A stretch of 64,000 nt of DNA from NCBI GenBank assembly GCA_964387365.1, contig CAYLWP010000001.1, positions 11,595 to 75,594 of the forward strand. The letters are read 5' to 3'. The notes beneath the pieces are model-generated. The model had not been told where the DNA came from, ran no database searches, and saw nothing but the letters and a program-made list of their open reading frames with translations. This DNA is from an uncultured Roseburia sp. (GTDB lineage Bacteria; Bacillota; Clostridia; Lachnospirales; Lachnospiraceae). A program made the translations under genes and the position numbers. Numbering within the stretch: position 1 is the stretch's first letter; each line of letters begins with the position of its first letter. This document shows, piece by piece, positions 47,054 through 57,467 of this stretch.

Positions 47054-48142
47054 ATGAAAAGAATAGCACTATTTATCAGTTCTCTGCAAAAAGGCGGATC
47101 CGAGCGTGTTATGGCGAATCTGGCAGAGTACTTTCATAAAAAAGGCTACGAAGTGATATTGGTAACGCAGTACAAGCAGGAGGATGAGTATGATATTTCG
47201 CCGGAGATCAGAAGGGTTTATTCAGAACCTGAAGAACATGAGCTTCAGGGAGGAAGAATTCACAATTTTCTCGTGCGTTTTTTCACATTACGGAAGATTT
47301 GGAAGGCGTATAAGCCTGATATCATCCTGTCCTTTTTGGGGAAAAACAACCTGATGGCAATTGCTACCTCCATGTTTTTATCATCTAAGGTAGCGGTATC
47401 TGTCCGCGGAGAACCTACCATGGAATACGAAGGGAAGCTGTTACAATTTCTGGCAAAGACGATGTTTGGTATGGCGGACGGCGTGGTTCTGCAGACGCAG
47501 CAGGCCAAGCTCTTTTTCCCCAAAGGAGTGCAGAAAAAGGCAAAGATTCTTCCTAATCCCCTGAATCCAGCCTTTCTGGATAAGTGCTACACAGGAGAAA
47601 GAGAGGATAAGATAGTAGCAGTCGGCAGACTGGATGAAAATAAAAATCATGCCATGCTGATACATGCCTTTTCCAGGATTGCGGCAGAGTATCCTAAGGT
47701 AGGGCTGGTCATTTACGGAGAAGGAAGCAGCAGGCAACAGCTGGAGCAGTTGGTTGCCGAGAAGGGGCTTGAGGACAGAATAGAGCTTCCGGGTACGATT
47801 ACCAATGTGGCAGGGCATATTGCAAATGCAAGAATCTTCACGCTTACCTCTAATACAGAAGGCATGCCGAATTCTATTATGGAGGCGATGGCATTGGGGC
47901 TGCCGGTAGTTTCTACGGATTGTCCCTGTGGTGGTCCTGCAACCCTGATTGACCATGAAGAGAACGGTATGTTGGTTCCGGTAGGCGATGCATACGCATT
48001 GGCAGATGCATTTAGAAAAATTTTATCAGATTCTGAATATGCAGATAAATTGAGCAAAAATGCACATGAAATCACAAAAAAACTACATCCGAATATTGTA
48101 AACAGAGAATGGGAAGAATATTTGTCCCATATTGCTAAATAA
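47054..48142 (+). CDS. GT4 glycosyltransferase (PglH/PglJ/AmsD-like), paralog B
   Basis: GGSERV, VGRLDENKNH, EGMPNSIMEAMALGLPVVSTDCPCGGP. Confidence 0.9.
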   Translation: MKRIALFISSLQKGGSERVMANLAEYFHKKGYEVILVTQYKQEDEYDISPEIRRVYSEPEEHELQGGRIHNFLVRFFTLRKIWKAYKPDIILSFLGKNNLMAIATSMFLSSKVAVSVRGEPTMEYEGKLLQFLAKTMFGMADGVVLQTQQAKLFFPKGVQKKAKILPNPLNPAFLDKCYTGEREDKIVAVGRLDENKNHAMLIHAFSRIAAEYPKVGLVIYGEGSSRQQLEQLVAEKGLEDRIELPGTITNVAGHIANARIFTLTSNTEGMPNSIMEAMALGLPVVSTDCPCGGPATLIDHEENGMLVPVGDAYALADAFRKILSDSEYADKLSKNAHEITKKLHPNIVNREWEEYLSHIAK

Positions 48143-48148
48143 AAGGCG

Positions 48149-48179
48149 AAAAAAAGGACTGTTTTCACAGTCTTTTTTT
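48149..48179 (+). terminator. Intrinsic (probably bidirectional) terminator
   Basis: AAAAAAAGGACTGT-tttc-ACAGTCTTTTTTT. Confidence 0.85.
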
Positions 48180-48198
48180 ATTTGAAAAATGGGCAAAC

Positions 48199-48227
48199 TT
48201 GTAATTGAAAGCGAATTATGTTAAACT
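48199..48227 (+). promoter_or_regulatory. Sigma-A promoter with extended -10 for the distal module
   Basis: TTGTAA, 17 bp, TGt-TAAACT, directly after the terminator. Confidence 0.6.
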
Positions 48228-48285
48228 TCTACAGTAAATTAGAATAGCGATTCGTGTGTCCATATGACAGTAAGAGGAGATTATC

Positions 48286-49236
48286 ATGAGTGTTCATCCG
48301 TTGAAACGGTTTATATATCATCATACTATTACGGCTAAGTTATATAATGTGATTCGTAATTACCGGAGAGATAAAAGAAACAGTCTGAGTGATGAAGAAT
48401 TTGCACAGTGGATGTATGCGAATCATACAGGTGGGAAGACACTGGATTTGCGAAATCCCAAGACCTTTGATGAGAAGGTATGGTATCTGAAGCTGCATGA
48501 GAAGGATGAGCTGCAGACAAGATGCACGGATAAGGTTCTGGTAAGGGAGTATGTTCAGGAATGCGGATTGGGGCATATCCTGAATGAAGTGTACGGAGTC
48601 TATGATTCCTTTCGTGAAGTACCCTTTGACAGGCTTCCGGAGCGTTTCTTTATGAAGTGTACTCATACCTCCGGTGCGAATGTAATTTATGACAGAAATA
48701 AACCATTTGACTATGTATATTATAAGAATGAATTTGAATATTGGATGAAGCGTAATTATTTCTGGGGCAGCAGAGAGTACAATTATAGGAATCTTGTGCC
48801 CAAGATTATCTGTGAGCAGATTTTGGAAGATAAGAACGGAAAGCTGCCGGTGGACTATAAGTTTATGTGTTTTGGCGGTGAGGTAAAAATGCTCTTTTTA
48901 AATATCGGTCTTGCCACCGAGAAAGGTGAACACGCCGATGATGCATATTGCAATATATATGACAGAGAATTTAACCTGCTTCCGATAAAGGATGAAAGAG
49001 AAAATTATCCGGGAAATGATATCGTAAAGCCGGATAATTGGGAGCAGATGCTTGCGTATGCAGAGATTTTGTCGAAGCCTTTCAGACACTGCAGAGTGGA
49101 TTTTTACAATGTAGACGGAAAAATCTATTTTGGGGAGATAACCTTTCATCACGGCGGCGGCTGTAACGGTATTGAACCGGAGGAATGGGCATACCAAATG
49201 GGAGAATGGATATCCATAGATGGCTTGGAAGACTAG
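48286..49236 (+). CDS. TupA-like ATP-grasp protein
   Basis: LDLRNPKTFDEKVWYLKL, TDKVLVREYV, LPERFFMKCTHTSG, PKIICE, DYKFMCF, RVDFY, FGEITF. Confidence 0.88.
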   Translation: MSVHPLKRFIYHHTITAKLYNVIRNYRRDKRNSLSDEEFAQWMYANHTGGKTLDLRNPKTFDEKVWYLKLHEKDELQTRCTDKVLVREYVQECGLGHILNEVYGVYDSFREVPFDRLPERFFMKCTHTSGANVIYDRNKPFDYVYYKNEFEYWMKRNYFWGSREYNYRNLVPKIICEQILEDKNGKLPVDYKFMCFGGEVKMLFLNIGLATEKGEHADDAYCNIYDREFNLLPIKDERENYPGNDIVKPDNWEQMLAYAEILSKPFRHCRVDFYNVDGKIYFGEITFHHGGGCNGIEPEEWAYQMGEWISIDGLED

Positions 49237-49267
49237 AAGATTGTAGGATAATAGGAGTGAAGCAATT

Positions 49268-51142
49268 ATGTGCGGAATTGCAGGATTTTGCAATCGTCCT
49301 GAACGATGGAAAGAAAATATAGAAAAAATGAATAACAGAATGTTTCACCGTGGTCCGGATGCGGGAGGTATCTGGGCGAACGAGGATGCGACAGTTGTAT
49401 TTGGTCACAGAAGACTTTCTATTGTGGACCTGTCGGCAAATGGTGCACAGCCCATGCATTCCGCCTCAGACAGATATGTCTGCGTATTCAACGGAGAAAT
49501 ATATAATTATAAATTCATCAGGGACAAACTGTTAACCGAGAAGAAGGTGACAGCTTTTAAGGGTACTTCGGATACAGAGGTATTACTGGAGGCCTTTGAA
49601 GCCTATGGTGTCAGAGAGACGATTGCGATGTGCAAGGGAATGTTTGCCATTGCATTATTAGATAAGAAAACAGGTAAGCTGACTTTACTTCGAGACAGAA
49701 TCGGAGAAAAGCCGCTTTACTATGGATTTGTAAACGGAAGCTTCGTGTTTGCCTCTGATTTGGGAAGTATTGCAGCGCTTGAAGATTTTCATAATGAAAT
49801 AGACACCAAGGTATTGCAGATTTATTTTGTACATGGCTACATTCCGGCGCCGTATTCCATTTATCAGGATATTTATAAGCTGGATGCCGGTTGTATGTTA
49901 GAGATAGAAGCACCGTATAAAGAGCCTAAGATTAGTCCTTATTGGTCTGTCAGGGAGGTTGCCAAGTACGGTGAAGAGCATCCTTTCAAGGGAAGCAGAG
50001 AAGAGGCAGCTGACGAGCTGGAGAGATTGTTAAAGGCTTCCATCAAGGAACAGATGGTAGCGGATGTTCCGGTTGGTGCATTCTTGTCGGCAGGAATCGA
50101 TAGCAGCACCATAGTAGCCCTGATGCAGGCGCAGTCCGCTCAGAAGGTGCGTAGCTTTACCATAGGAATGGATGATCCTAAGTACAATGAAGCGGTTTAT
50201 GCGAAAGAAATCGCAAAGCACTTGGGAACCGAGCATACAGAGCTCTATATTACGGAAGAGGACGCCAAGGCAGTGATTCCTAAGCTTGCGACCATGTTTG
50301 CAGAGCCTTTTGCAGATTCCTCACAGATTCCCACCTATTTGGTAAGTAAGATGACAAGAGAGCATGTAACGGTATCCCTGAGTGGAGACGGTGGTGATGA
50401 GCTGTTTTCGGGATATGTTTGCTATGACTCCATTGATAGAATATGGGGAAAAATGAAAGGGTATCCCTACGGTATTCGAAAGCTTTGCAGTGAGCTGATT
50501 CTTGGCTTACCATTTGGTAAAAATAATCAGATACTTCAGACAAAAGCTTATCTGCTTGGCGCTAAAAGTGCGGAGCACTTGTACGAGCTTTCTAATGCGC
50601 AGGAGCCATTAAGTAAGCAGGTTCCGATAGAAAGAGAAGTGCATCCCTATAAGCAGAATATATATCCGTATGGACATCTGAAAGATACGCGTAGCAGTAT
50701 TATGCTGATGGACATGCAGATGTATCATCCAGATGACATTCTGGTAAAGGTAGACAGAACTGCCATGGCTGTATCGCTCGAGACTAGAGTTCCGATGCTT
50801 GATAAGGATGTCGTTGAATTTGCATGGACTATTCCAATGGAGTATAAGAAGCAGGGCGATATTGGCAAGGTGGTATTACGTGATGTTTTGTATCGCTATG
50901 TACCAAAGGAAATGATGGAAAGACCGAAAAAAGGCTTTTCCATTCCGATTACAGATTGGCTCAAGGAGCCTGCGCTTCGTGCATGGGCAGAGGCACTGAT
51001 AGACAGGAAGACCATAGAGCAGCAGGGTATCCTGAATCCGGATGTGGTATGGAGAATCTGGAATGATTATATAGAGAATGGTAATTGGAGAGAGCAGATT
51101 TGGTATATACTGATGTTCCAGGAATGGATGTGCAGTAGATAG
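49268..51142 (+). CDS. asnB: Asparagine-synthetase-like glutamine amidotransferase, copy 2
   Basis: MCGIAG, HRGPDAGG, HRRLSIVDLS, FNGEIYN, FLSAGIDSS, EPFADSSQIPT, KVDRTAMAVSLETRVP. Confidence 0.9.
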   Translation: MCGIAGFCNRPERWKENIEKMNNRMFHRGPDAGGIWANEDATVVFGHRRLSIVDLSANGAQPMHSASDRYVCVFNGEIYNYKFIRDKLLTEKKVTAFKGTSDTEVLLEAFEAYGVRETIAMCKGMFAIALLDKKTGKLTLLRDRIGEKPLYYGFVNGSFVFASDLGSIAALEDFHNEIDTKVLQIYFVHGYIPAPYSIYQDIYKLDAGCMLEIEAPYKEPKISPYWSVREVAKYGEEHPFKGSREEAADELERLLKASIKEQMVADVPVGAFLSAGIDSSTIVALMQAQSAQKVRSFTIGMDDPKYNEAVYAKEIAKHLGTEHTELYITEEDAKAVIPKLATMFAEPFADSSQIPTYLVSKMTREHVTVSLSGDGGDELFSGYVCYDSIDRIWGKMKGYPYGIRKLCSELILGLPFGKNNQILQTKAYLLGAKSAEHLYELSNAQEPLSKQVPIEREVHPYKQNIYPYGHLKDTRSSIMLMDMQMYHPDDILVKVDRTAMAVSLETRVPMLDKDVVEFAWTIPMEYKKQGDIGKVVLRDVLYRYVPKEMMERPKKGFSIPITDWLKEPALRAWAEALIDRKTIEQQGILNPDVVWRIWNDYIENGNWREQIWYILMFQEWMCSR

Positions 51143-51157
51143 AGAAGGGGTTAGGAT

Positions 51158-52054
51158 ATGATTATCATACATGTAATGGGTGGACTTGGTAATCAATTAT
51201 ATCAGTATGCGATGTCTGAAAAGCTTAAAACGCTTGGAAAACAGGTGAAACTTGATGTCGGAGCGTACCAAACAGCGGATCCGGAAGAAAGGGAATGGCG
51301 CCGGCTGGAGTTAGATTGGTTAGATAGCTTATTCTATGAGAAATGTTCAGATGAAGAAAGGCTTCTTTATCGGGATAGCAGTATAAAGCTGCAAGACCGT
51401 ATTCGCAGAAAAGTTTTCGGGAGGAAAGATAAGACTGTAAAGGAAAGTAAGTCTTTTATGCCGGAAATTTATGAGATGGACGATGTCTATCTGTATGGCT
51501 ATTGGGCATGTGAGAAATATTATGAAGATATTATACCGTTGCTACATGAGAAAATTCGCTTTTGTCCAAGCAAGAATGAGAAGAATCAATCCTGTATGGA
51601 GCAGATGCAGAGGCAAAATGCGGTAAGTCTGCATATCAGAAGGGCTGATTATCTAACGGTAGCAGATGGAGAACGATATATGGGAATCTGCACGGAGGCA
51701 TATTATCAGGCTGCCATCAGATATATTTCTGAGCGCGTAGACAACCCGGTTTTTTATATCTTTTCTGATGATGTTGATTATGCAAGAGAACATTTTAAGG
51801 AAGCAAATATGCATATCGTTGACTGGAATACAGGAAATGAGAGTATGTATGATATGCAGTTAATGAGCTACTGTAAGCATAATATCTGTGCTAACAGTAC
51901 CTTTAGCATGTGGGGGGCAAGATTGAATAAACACCCGGAGAAGATTATGATAAGACCACTTCACAGTGATAATTATGAGACGGATTCCGTAGCAGAGATA
52001 CGGGACAATTGGAAGAAATGGATATTAATTGATGCAGAGGGAATGCTTGTATGA
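51158..52054 (+). CDS. GT11 alpha-1,2-fucosyltransferase-like
   Basis: MGGLGNQLYQYA, LYGYW, SLHIRRADY, IFSDD, ICANSTFSMWGA. Confidence 0.88.
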   Translation: MIIIHVMGGLGNQLYQYAMSEKLKTLGKQVKLDVGAYQTADPEEREWRRLELDWLDSLFYEKCSDEERLLYRDSSIKLQDRIRRKVFGRKDKTVKESKSFMPEIYEMDDVYLYGYWACEKYYEDIIPLLHEKIRFCPSKNEKNQSCMEQMQRQNAVSLHIRRADYLTVADGERYMGICTEAYYQAAIRYISERVDNPVFYIFSDDVDYAREHFKEANMHIVDWNTGNESMYDMQLMSYCKHNICANSTFSMWGARLNKHPEKIMIRPLHSDNYETDSVAEIRDNWKKWILIDAEGMLV

Positions 52055-53076
52055 AAGAGCTGATATCGGTCATTGTGCCGGTCTATAATATGGAGCAGTA
52101 TTTGGAACGCTGCATTCATTCAATCAGACAACAGACCTATGAGAATCTGCAAATTATTTTGGTGGATGATGGCTCTACCGATTCTTCACCACGGATGTGC
52201 GACGAGTACGCCGCTCAGGATGCGAGGATTAAGGTGGTTCATAAGCCTAACGGCGGACTGTCGGATGCCAGAAATGCAGGACTTGCCATAGCAACCGGAG
52301 ATTATATCGGGTATGTGGACAGTGATGACTGGATTGAACCGCATATGTATGAGCGACTCTATGAGGCCTGTACAAAAGAGAATGCCGGGCTTGCTGTCTG
52401 CAGGTATGCCAAGGTATACCGGGACGGAGTCATTACCGGTGGTACCGGAGAGATAATCGTCTTTGACAGAGAGGAATTGCTTCGTGTATATATTTGCGAT
52501 CATGAGGATTATACAATATATAATTCCGTATGGAGCAAACTGTTTCGGAGAGATCTCGTGGAAGGTACCTTATTCCCGGTAGGCAGGAATTCAGAGGATA
52601 TCATGTACACAACAAAGGCTTTTTGTAAGACAGAAAAAGCGGTATATGTAGATGAGTGCCTGTATTATTATGTCTTAGACCGCGAAGACAGTATCATGAA
52701 TGTGAAGGCGGAAGGTCGAATGTTTGATGATGAGATACCGTTCTGGAAGGAGCATATAGCTTACATTACGGAGCATGTCTCAGAACAGATGGGAGAGCTG
52801 GCTGCCTATTATTACTATAGAAGATTATTATCGTACTATTTAAGGTATGCCGATTGTGCAGAGTCACAGCCGGTAGCACGCAGACTTGCGTTTCTGATTA
52901 AGGCAGATTCCGGGAAGATTCGCAGGCTGTATCAATCAGAAATGGTAGCTAAGGGTGATAAGGTCAGAATGACATTATTTTTAAGTAGTCCCGCACTGTA
53001 TGGTATGATAAATCGATGCTATGAACGCTGGGGAATTCCGGTAAAAAGAATGATTAGGAGCAATCATGTCATTTAA
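52051..53076 (+). CDS. GT2 glycosyltransferase (EpsJ/H-like)
   Basis: ISVIVPVYN, VDDGSTD, NGGLSDARNAG, YVDSDDW, VWSKLF. Confidence 0.92.
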   Translation: MKELISVIVPVYNMEQYLERCIHSIRQQTYENLQIILVDDGSTDSSPRMCDEYAAQDARIKVVHKPNGGLSDARNAGLAIATGDYIGYVDSDDWIEPHMYERLYEACTKENAGLAVCRYAKVYRDGVITGGTGEIIVFDREELLRVYICDHEDYTIYNSVWSKLFRRDLVEGTLFPVGRNSEDIMYTTKAFCKTEKAVYVDECLYYYVLDREDSIMNVKAEGRMFDDEIPFWKEHIAYITEHVSEQMGELAAYYYYRRLLSYYLRYADCAESQPVARRLAFLIKADSGKIRRLYQSEMVAKGDKVRMTLFLSSPALYGMINRCYERWGIPVKRMIRSNHVI

Positions 53077-54529
53077 TTCGTATATATTTATTTTTTTGTT
53101 CCTGCCGATTGCATTAATTGGTTATTATGGATTGCATTGTCTAAAATTGCATAAAACGGCACTGCTGTACATGGTAGGAATGTCCCTGTGGTTTTACGGT
53201 TATTACAGTGTACAGGGATTGGTGTTCCTGGTGCTTGGTATGCTCATAAATTATGGATTAGTGCAGCTCATGTGGAGAACGGACAACAGGCGTAACCGAT
53301 TAGTCGTATTATGGCTGGCAATGGTATGGAATATTGGAATGCTGCTTTATTTTAAATATGCCAATTTCTTTATTGATAACGTAAATCAGTTGTTTGATAC
53401 ACAGATTTCTGCATTATCGCTGGTGTTGCCGCTGGGTATCAGCTTTTATACCTTCCAGCAGATTGCCTATACAGTTGATTCCTACAGACAGGAATGCGAA
53501 AATTATGGTTTCCTCGAGTATGCAGCTTACATCACTTTTTTTCCGAAGGTGGTACAGGGCCCCTTGGCATCCTATGAGCAGATTATTGCAGATATCAGAG
53601 ATGAGAAGAATCACTCTGTAAATTATGAAAATATGAGCAAAGGTATCTATGCCTTTGCACTTGGTCTGGCAAAAAAGGTATTGATTGCAGATACGCTGTC
53701 CCCTTTAGTGGCAAAAGGCTATTATAATCCAAGTAATATGAATGCTACGACAGCTCTTTTAGTTATATGGGCGTATGCGTTGCAAATTTACTTTGATTTT
53801 AGCGGTTATTGCGATATGGCAATGGGAATAGGATATATGTTCAATATCAAATTACCGGTTAATTTCAATTCGCCATATAAAGCAACGGGAATTGATGAAT
53901 TCTGGGACAGCTGGCATATGACTTTGACCCGTTTTTTTACGAAGTATGTATACTTTCCGCTCGGGGGTAGCCGAAAGGGAACGCTTAGAACCTATGTAAA
54001 TATTATGGTAGTTTTTTTATTGAGCGGACTCTGGCATGGAGCAAACTGGACCTTTATCATCTGGGGAGCCATGCACGGTGTAGCCAAGGTAATAGAAAGA
54101 TTGGGTAAGAAGTGGATTGAAAAGATTCCTAAGGTGATTCGTTGTCTTGCAACTTTTTTATTTGTTACTGTTGCCTGGAGCTTATTCAGAGCAAGGTCTT
54201 GGGCGCAGGCAAAGGAGCTTTGGGGACAGATATCGCTTGGAAATTATTCTAGAATTCAGACACAGTTTACAGAGATTTTTAATGATTTGCTGGAAGTTAA
54301 GATATTGGCGCGAATCGGTTTGAGCAATCTCTTTGATGCATGGCCGGAGCTGCCACTGCTATTTTTTATGTTTGGTATTACCCTGGCTTGCTTTGTGATG
54401 AAAAATACGCAGCAGAAACTGGAAACATTTAAATACAGTAATCGCAAAATAGGTACTATAGTCATTTTAATTCTTTGGTGTGTGGCGTCATTAACGAATG
54501 CAAGTGAATTTTTATATGTGAATTTTTAA
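53066..54529 (+). CDS. MBOAT O-acyltransferase (AlgI/PatA/DltB family)
   Basis: FKYANFF, LPLGISFYTFQQIAY, FFPKVVQGP, QIYFDFSGYCDMA, NFNSPY, WHMTL, SGLWHGANWTFIIWG, FLYVNF. Confidence 0.92.
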   Translation: MSFNSYIFIFLFLPIALIGYYGLHCLKLHKTALLYMVGMSLWFYGYYSVQGLVFLVLGMLINYGLVQLMWRTDNRRNRLVVLWLAMVWNIGMLLYFKYANFFIDNVNQLFDTQISALSLVLPLGISFYTFQQIAYTVDSYRQECENYGFLEYAAYITFFPKVVQGPLASYEQIIADIRDEKNHSVNYENMSKGIYAFALGLAKKVLIADTLSPLVAKGYYNPSNMNATTALLVIWAYALQIYFDFSGYCDMAMGIGYMFNIKLPVNFNSPYKATGIDEFWDSWHMTLTRFFTKYVYFPLGGSRKGTLRTYVNIMVVFLLSGLWHGANWTFIIWGAMHGVAKVIERLGKKWIEKIPKVIRCLATFLFVTVAWSLFRARSWAQAKELWGQISLGNYSRIQTQFTEIFNDLLEVKILARIGLSNLFDAWPELPLLFFMFGITLACFVMKNTQQKLETFKYSNRKIGTIVILILWCVASLTNASEFLYVNF

Positions 54530-54546
54530 GCAGAAAAGGGCAGGAT

Positions 54547-55623
54547 ATGGATTTGGAACAGCAGAATGCAAAAAAATGGTTCAAAAAGTGCATAGTGTGT
54601 TTATTGGGAGCGTTTCTGTTGACGGTACTGGTAGTATATGTAGTAGATCCGTATTTTCACTTTCATAAACCGTTTGAGTTTATTCATTATCGTTTGTACG
54701 ATGAACGTTATATAAATGACGGCATAAACAGGCATTTTGACTATGATGCTATCATAACGGGAACGTCCATGTCTCAGAATTTTAAGCCGAGTGAGGTGGA
54801 TGCACTGTTTGGGACGAACTGTATCAAACAATCCTTTTCCGGAGCCGGCTATATGGAGCTGTCGCAGAATTTGGAAAGAGCACTGCAGAGAAACGATAAG
54901 TTGAAAACAGTTATCTGGACAATGGACTATAATGCACTGATTCGTGAAAAAGATTGGAGTGCTTATGATGAGTATCCGACATATTTATACGATGACAAGG
55001 TTTTCAATGATGTAGCTTATATTTTTAATAAATCAGTTTGGTATCATGGTGTACTTACTAATGTAGTGAAAACTGTTACAGGTGAGTCTAGTACTAGCTT
55101 TGATGAATATTCATCCTGGGATAAGGAAACGGGATTGGAATATATTCTGCGAGCATACGATAGGAACGATGTGGCACTGGATCTGCCGTCTGAGCTTACC
55201 GGGCAGGAGGAACAGATGGTATATGAAAATGTAAAAACGAACATGGTAGAGCTCGTAACCCGGTATCCGGATACTACATTTTATATTTTCTATACGCCCT
55301 ACAGTATTTGCTATTGGGATGAGCTGAGCCAGACCAACACTATGGTGCGCCAGCTTCAGGCAGAGCGTATTGCTACGGAGCTGCTGCTGGAGTGCCCGAA
55401 CGTGAAGCTTTATAATTTTTATGACCGCTATGATGTGATTACAGACCTTGATAATTATCGGGATAAGGAGCACTACGGAGCCTGGATTAATTCACAGATA
55501 CTGGAATGGATTGCGAAAGATGTCGGGCTGGTGACAAAGGGTAATTACCGGGAACGCTTGTCGGAGGAATATGAATATTATTCCGGCTATGATTATGACA
55601 GCATTTATGGAATAGGCGACTAA
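54547..55623 (+). CDS. Extracytoplasmic SGNH-like partner of the MBOAT (AlgJ/PatB/DltD-like)
   Basis: N-terminal TM, DPYFHFH, IITGTSM (nucleophile block) and C-terminal DKEH (DxxH); adjacent to the MBOAT gene. Confidence 0.65.
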   Translation: MDLEQQNAKKWFKKCIVCLLGAFLLTVLVVYVVDPYFHFHKPFEFIHYRLYDERYINDGINRHFDYDAIITGTSMSQNFKPSEVDALFGTNCIKQSFSGAGYMELSQNLERALQRNDKLKTVIWTMDYNALIREKDWSAYDEYPTYLYDDKVFNDVAYIFNKSVWYHGVLTNVVKTVTGESSTSFDEYSSWDKETGLEYILRAYDRNDVALDLPSELTGQEEQMVYENVKTNMVELVTRYPDTTFYIFYTPYSICYWDELSQTNTMVRQLQAERIATELLLECPNVKLYNFYDRYDVITDLDNYRDKEHYGAWINSQILEWIAKDVGLVTKGNYRERLSEEYEYYSGYDYDSIYGIGD

Positions 55624-55640
55624 CGGAAAGGATAAAACAA

Positions 55641-57383
55641 ATGGATATCATAAAGAAGTTAAGTTATATATTGGATAAAAAGCAGAAAAGGCACCTTGGT
55701 GTCCTGGCAATCATGATATTTATCGGTGGTTTGTTGGAAACCCTAAGTATATCAGCAATGTTGCCGGTTGTGTGGGTTATTGTTGATAAGGAGGCGGCTG
55801 CAAATAACAGGATTATCTCGTTTGTCATGGATATTCTGCATATCGAGGATATGTTTTGGTTTACGATAGTATTACTGGGATTGTTGATTGTTATGTATAT
55901 ACTTAAGAGCTTATTCCTTTTGTTTTTGGTAAATGAACAGTCACGTTTTATCTCAAATAATAGAAACAGATTAATCAGCCGGGTGTTGAGAGAATTTTTA
56001 AACCGTCCGTATGAGTTTTATCTGGATGCGGACATTCCGACTGTATTTCGATTGACAGACAGCGATATTCCGAATGTATTTGCAATGATACTGGCCATTA
56101 TTTCATTAGTATCCGAATGTGTGGTATTTGTGCTGCTTTGCGTAATATCTGTGGCGACCAGCTGGCAATTGACGGTATTTCTCGTAGTGGTATTGGGTGG
56201 ATTGACGCTGCTGGTTTTAAAGGTTCTAAAACCAAGGCTGGCAGGACTGGGACAGAAGAATTTATCTGTTCAGTCAAGGATTGCAAAGTGGAGAATTCAG
56301 GCAATCTACGGAATTAAGGATGTAAAGGTACTGCACAGAGAGGCATTTTTTGCGGATAATTATGAAAATACAGGTAAGGTAGGAGCTACCCTTTCCAGAA
56401 GATATGCGGTTATGAACAGTGCGCCAAGATTACTGATAGAGGCAGTATTCATGAGTAGTATTTTGGGTTATCTGATGGTGTATATTCTGCTCGGAAATGA
56501 TGTGACAACGATGATTCCGACTCTGACTGCATTTGCACTTGTAGCGATGAGACTGATGCCATGTGCAAATCGTATTAACACCTATATGACAGATATTGCC
56601 TATTACAAGCCTTGCCTTGACTATGTATATGAGAACCTGAACATTAATGCACTGAGTCAGACCAATAATCCAACGATTGAGGCGAGAGATGCAAGTGTGA
56701 AGATGGAGCTTCGGGATAAAATACAGTTAAAGGATATCGTGTATGCGTATCCGAATACGGATAAATTAATCTTTGATCATGCTGATATGGAGGTACCGTA
56801 TGGTAAGTCAGTAGGTATTATGGGACCGTCCGGAGCAGGTAAATCAACCATTGTTGATATTCTGTTAGGTTTATTGAAGATTCATGAAGGAAAGATTACC
56901 TGTGACGGTACGGATATTTTTGATAATTATCCGGCATGGCTTTCTCAGATTGGCTATATTCCGCAGTCTATCTACCTTGTTGATGAACCAATCAGAAACA
57001 ACATCGCCTTTGGTATTGCAGATGAAAAAATTGATGATGACAGAATCTGGCAGGTATTGGAAGAGGCACAGTTAAAAGACTTTATTAAGACCTTGCCGGA
57101 GGGATTGGATACTACAATCGGTGACAGAGGTGTAAGACTGTCCGGTGGACAGAGACAGAGACTTGGTATTGCGAGAGCGCTTTATCATAATCCGGAGATT
57201 CTGGTATTCGATGAAGCGACATCTGCTCTTGATAATGAGACAGAACAGGCGGTTATGGAAGCAATTAACAGCTTTCATGGTAAGAAGACCATGGTAATTA
57301 TTGCACATAGACTGAATACGATAGAAAAGTGTGATATTATTTATAAGGTTGATGGTGGACAGATTGTAGAGACTACGTTGTAA
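55641..57383 (+). CDS. ABC transporter, fused TMD+NBD, PglK/Wzk-like glycan flippase (copy 2)
   Basis: GPSGAGKST, LSGGQRQR, FDEATSALD, IAHRL; clear paralog of 11055-12794. Confidence 0.85.
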   Translation: MDIIKKLSYILDKKQKRHLGVLAIMIFIGGLLETLSISAMLPVVWVIVDKEAAANNRIISFVMDILHIEDMFWFTIVLLGLLIVMYILKSLFLLFLVNEQSRFISNNRNRLISRVLREFLNRPYEFYLDADIPTVFRLTDSDIPNVFAMILAIISLVSECVVFVLLCVISVATSWQLTVFLVVVLGGLTLLVLKVLKPRLAGLGQKNLSVQSRIAKWRIQAIYGIKDVKVLHREAFFADNYENTGKVGATLSRRYAVMNSAPRLLIEAVFMSSILGYLMVYILLGNDVTTMIPTLTAFALVAMRLMPCANRINTYMTDIAYYKPCLDYVYENLNINALSQTNNPTIEARDASVKMELRDKIQLKDIVYAYPNTDKLIFDHADMEVPYGKSVGIMGPSGAGKSTIVDILLGLLKIHEGKITCDGTDIFDNYPAWLSQIGYIPQSIYLVDEPIRNNIAFGIADEKIDDDRIWQVLEEAQLKDFIKTLPEGLDTTIGDRGVRLSGGQRQRLGIARALYHNPEILVFDEATSALDNETEQAVMEAINSFHGKKTMVIIAHRLNTIEKCDIIYKVDGGQIVETTL

Positions 57384-57467
57384 AAAAGGTAACTTGAGTA
57401 TATAGCAGATACGTTGCAGGCAATTTGGAAAAACAGGAATACTGATTTCTGTGGAAAGGTGGAAGCA

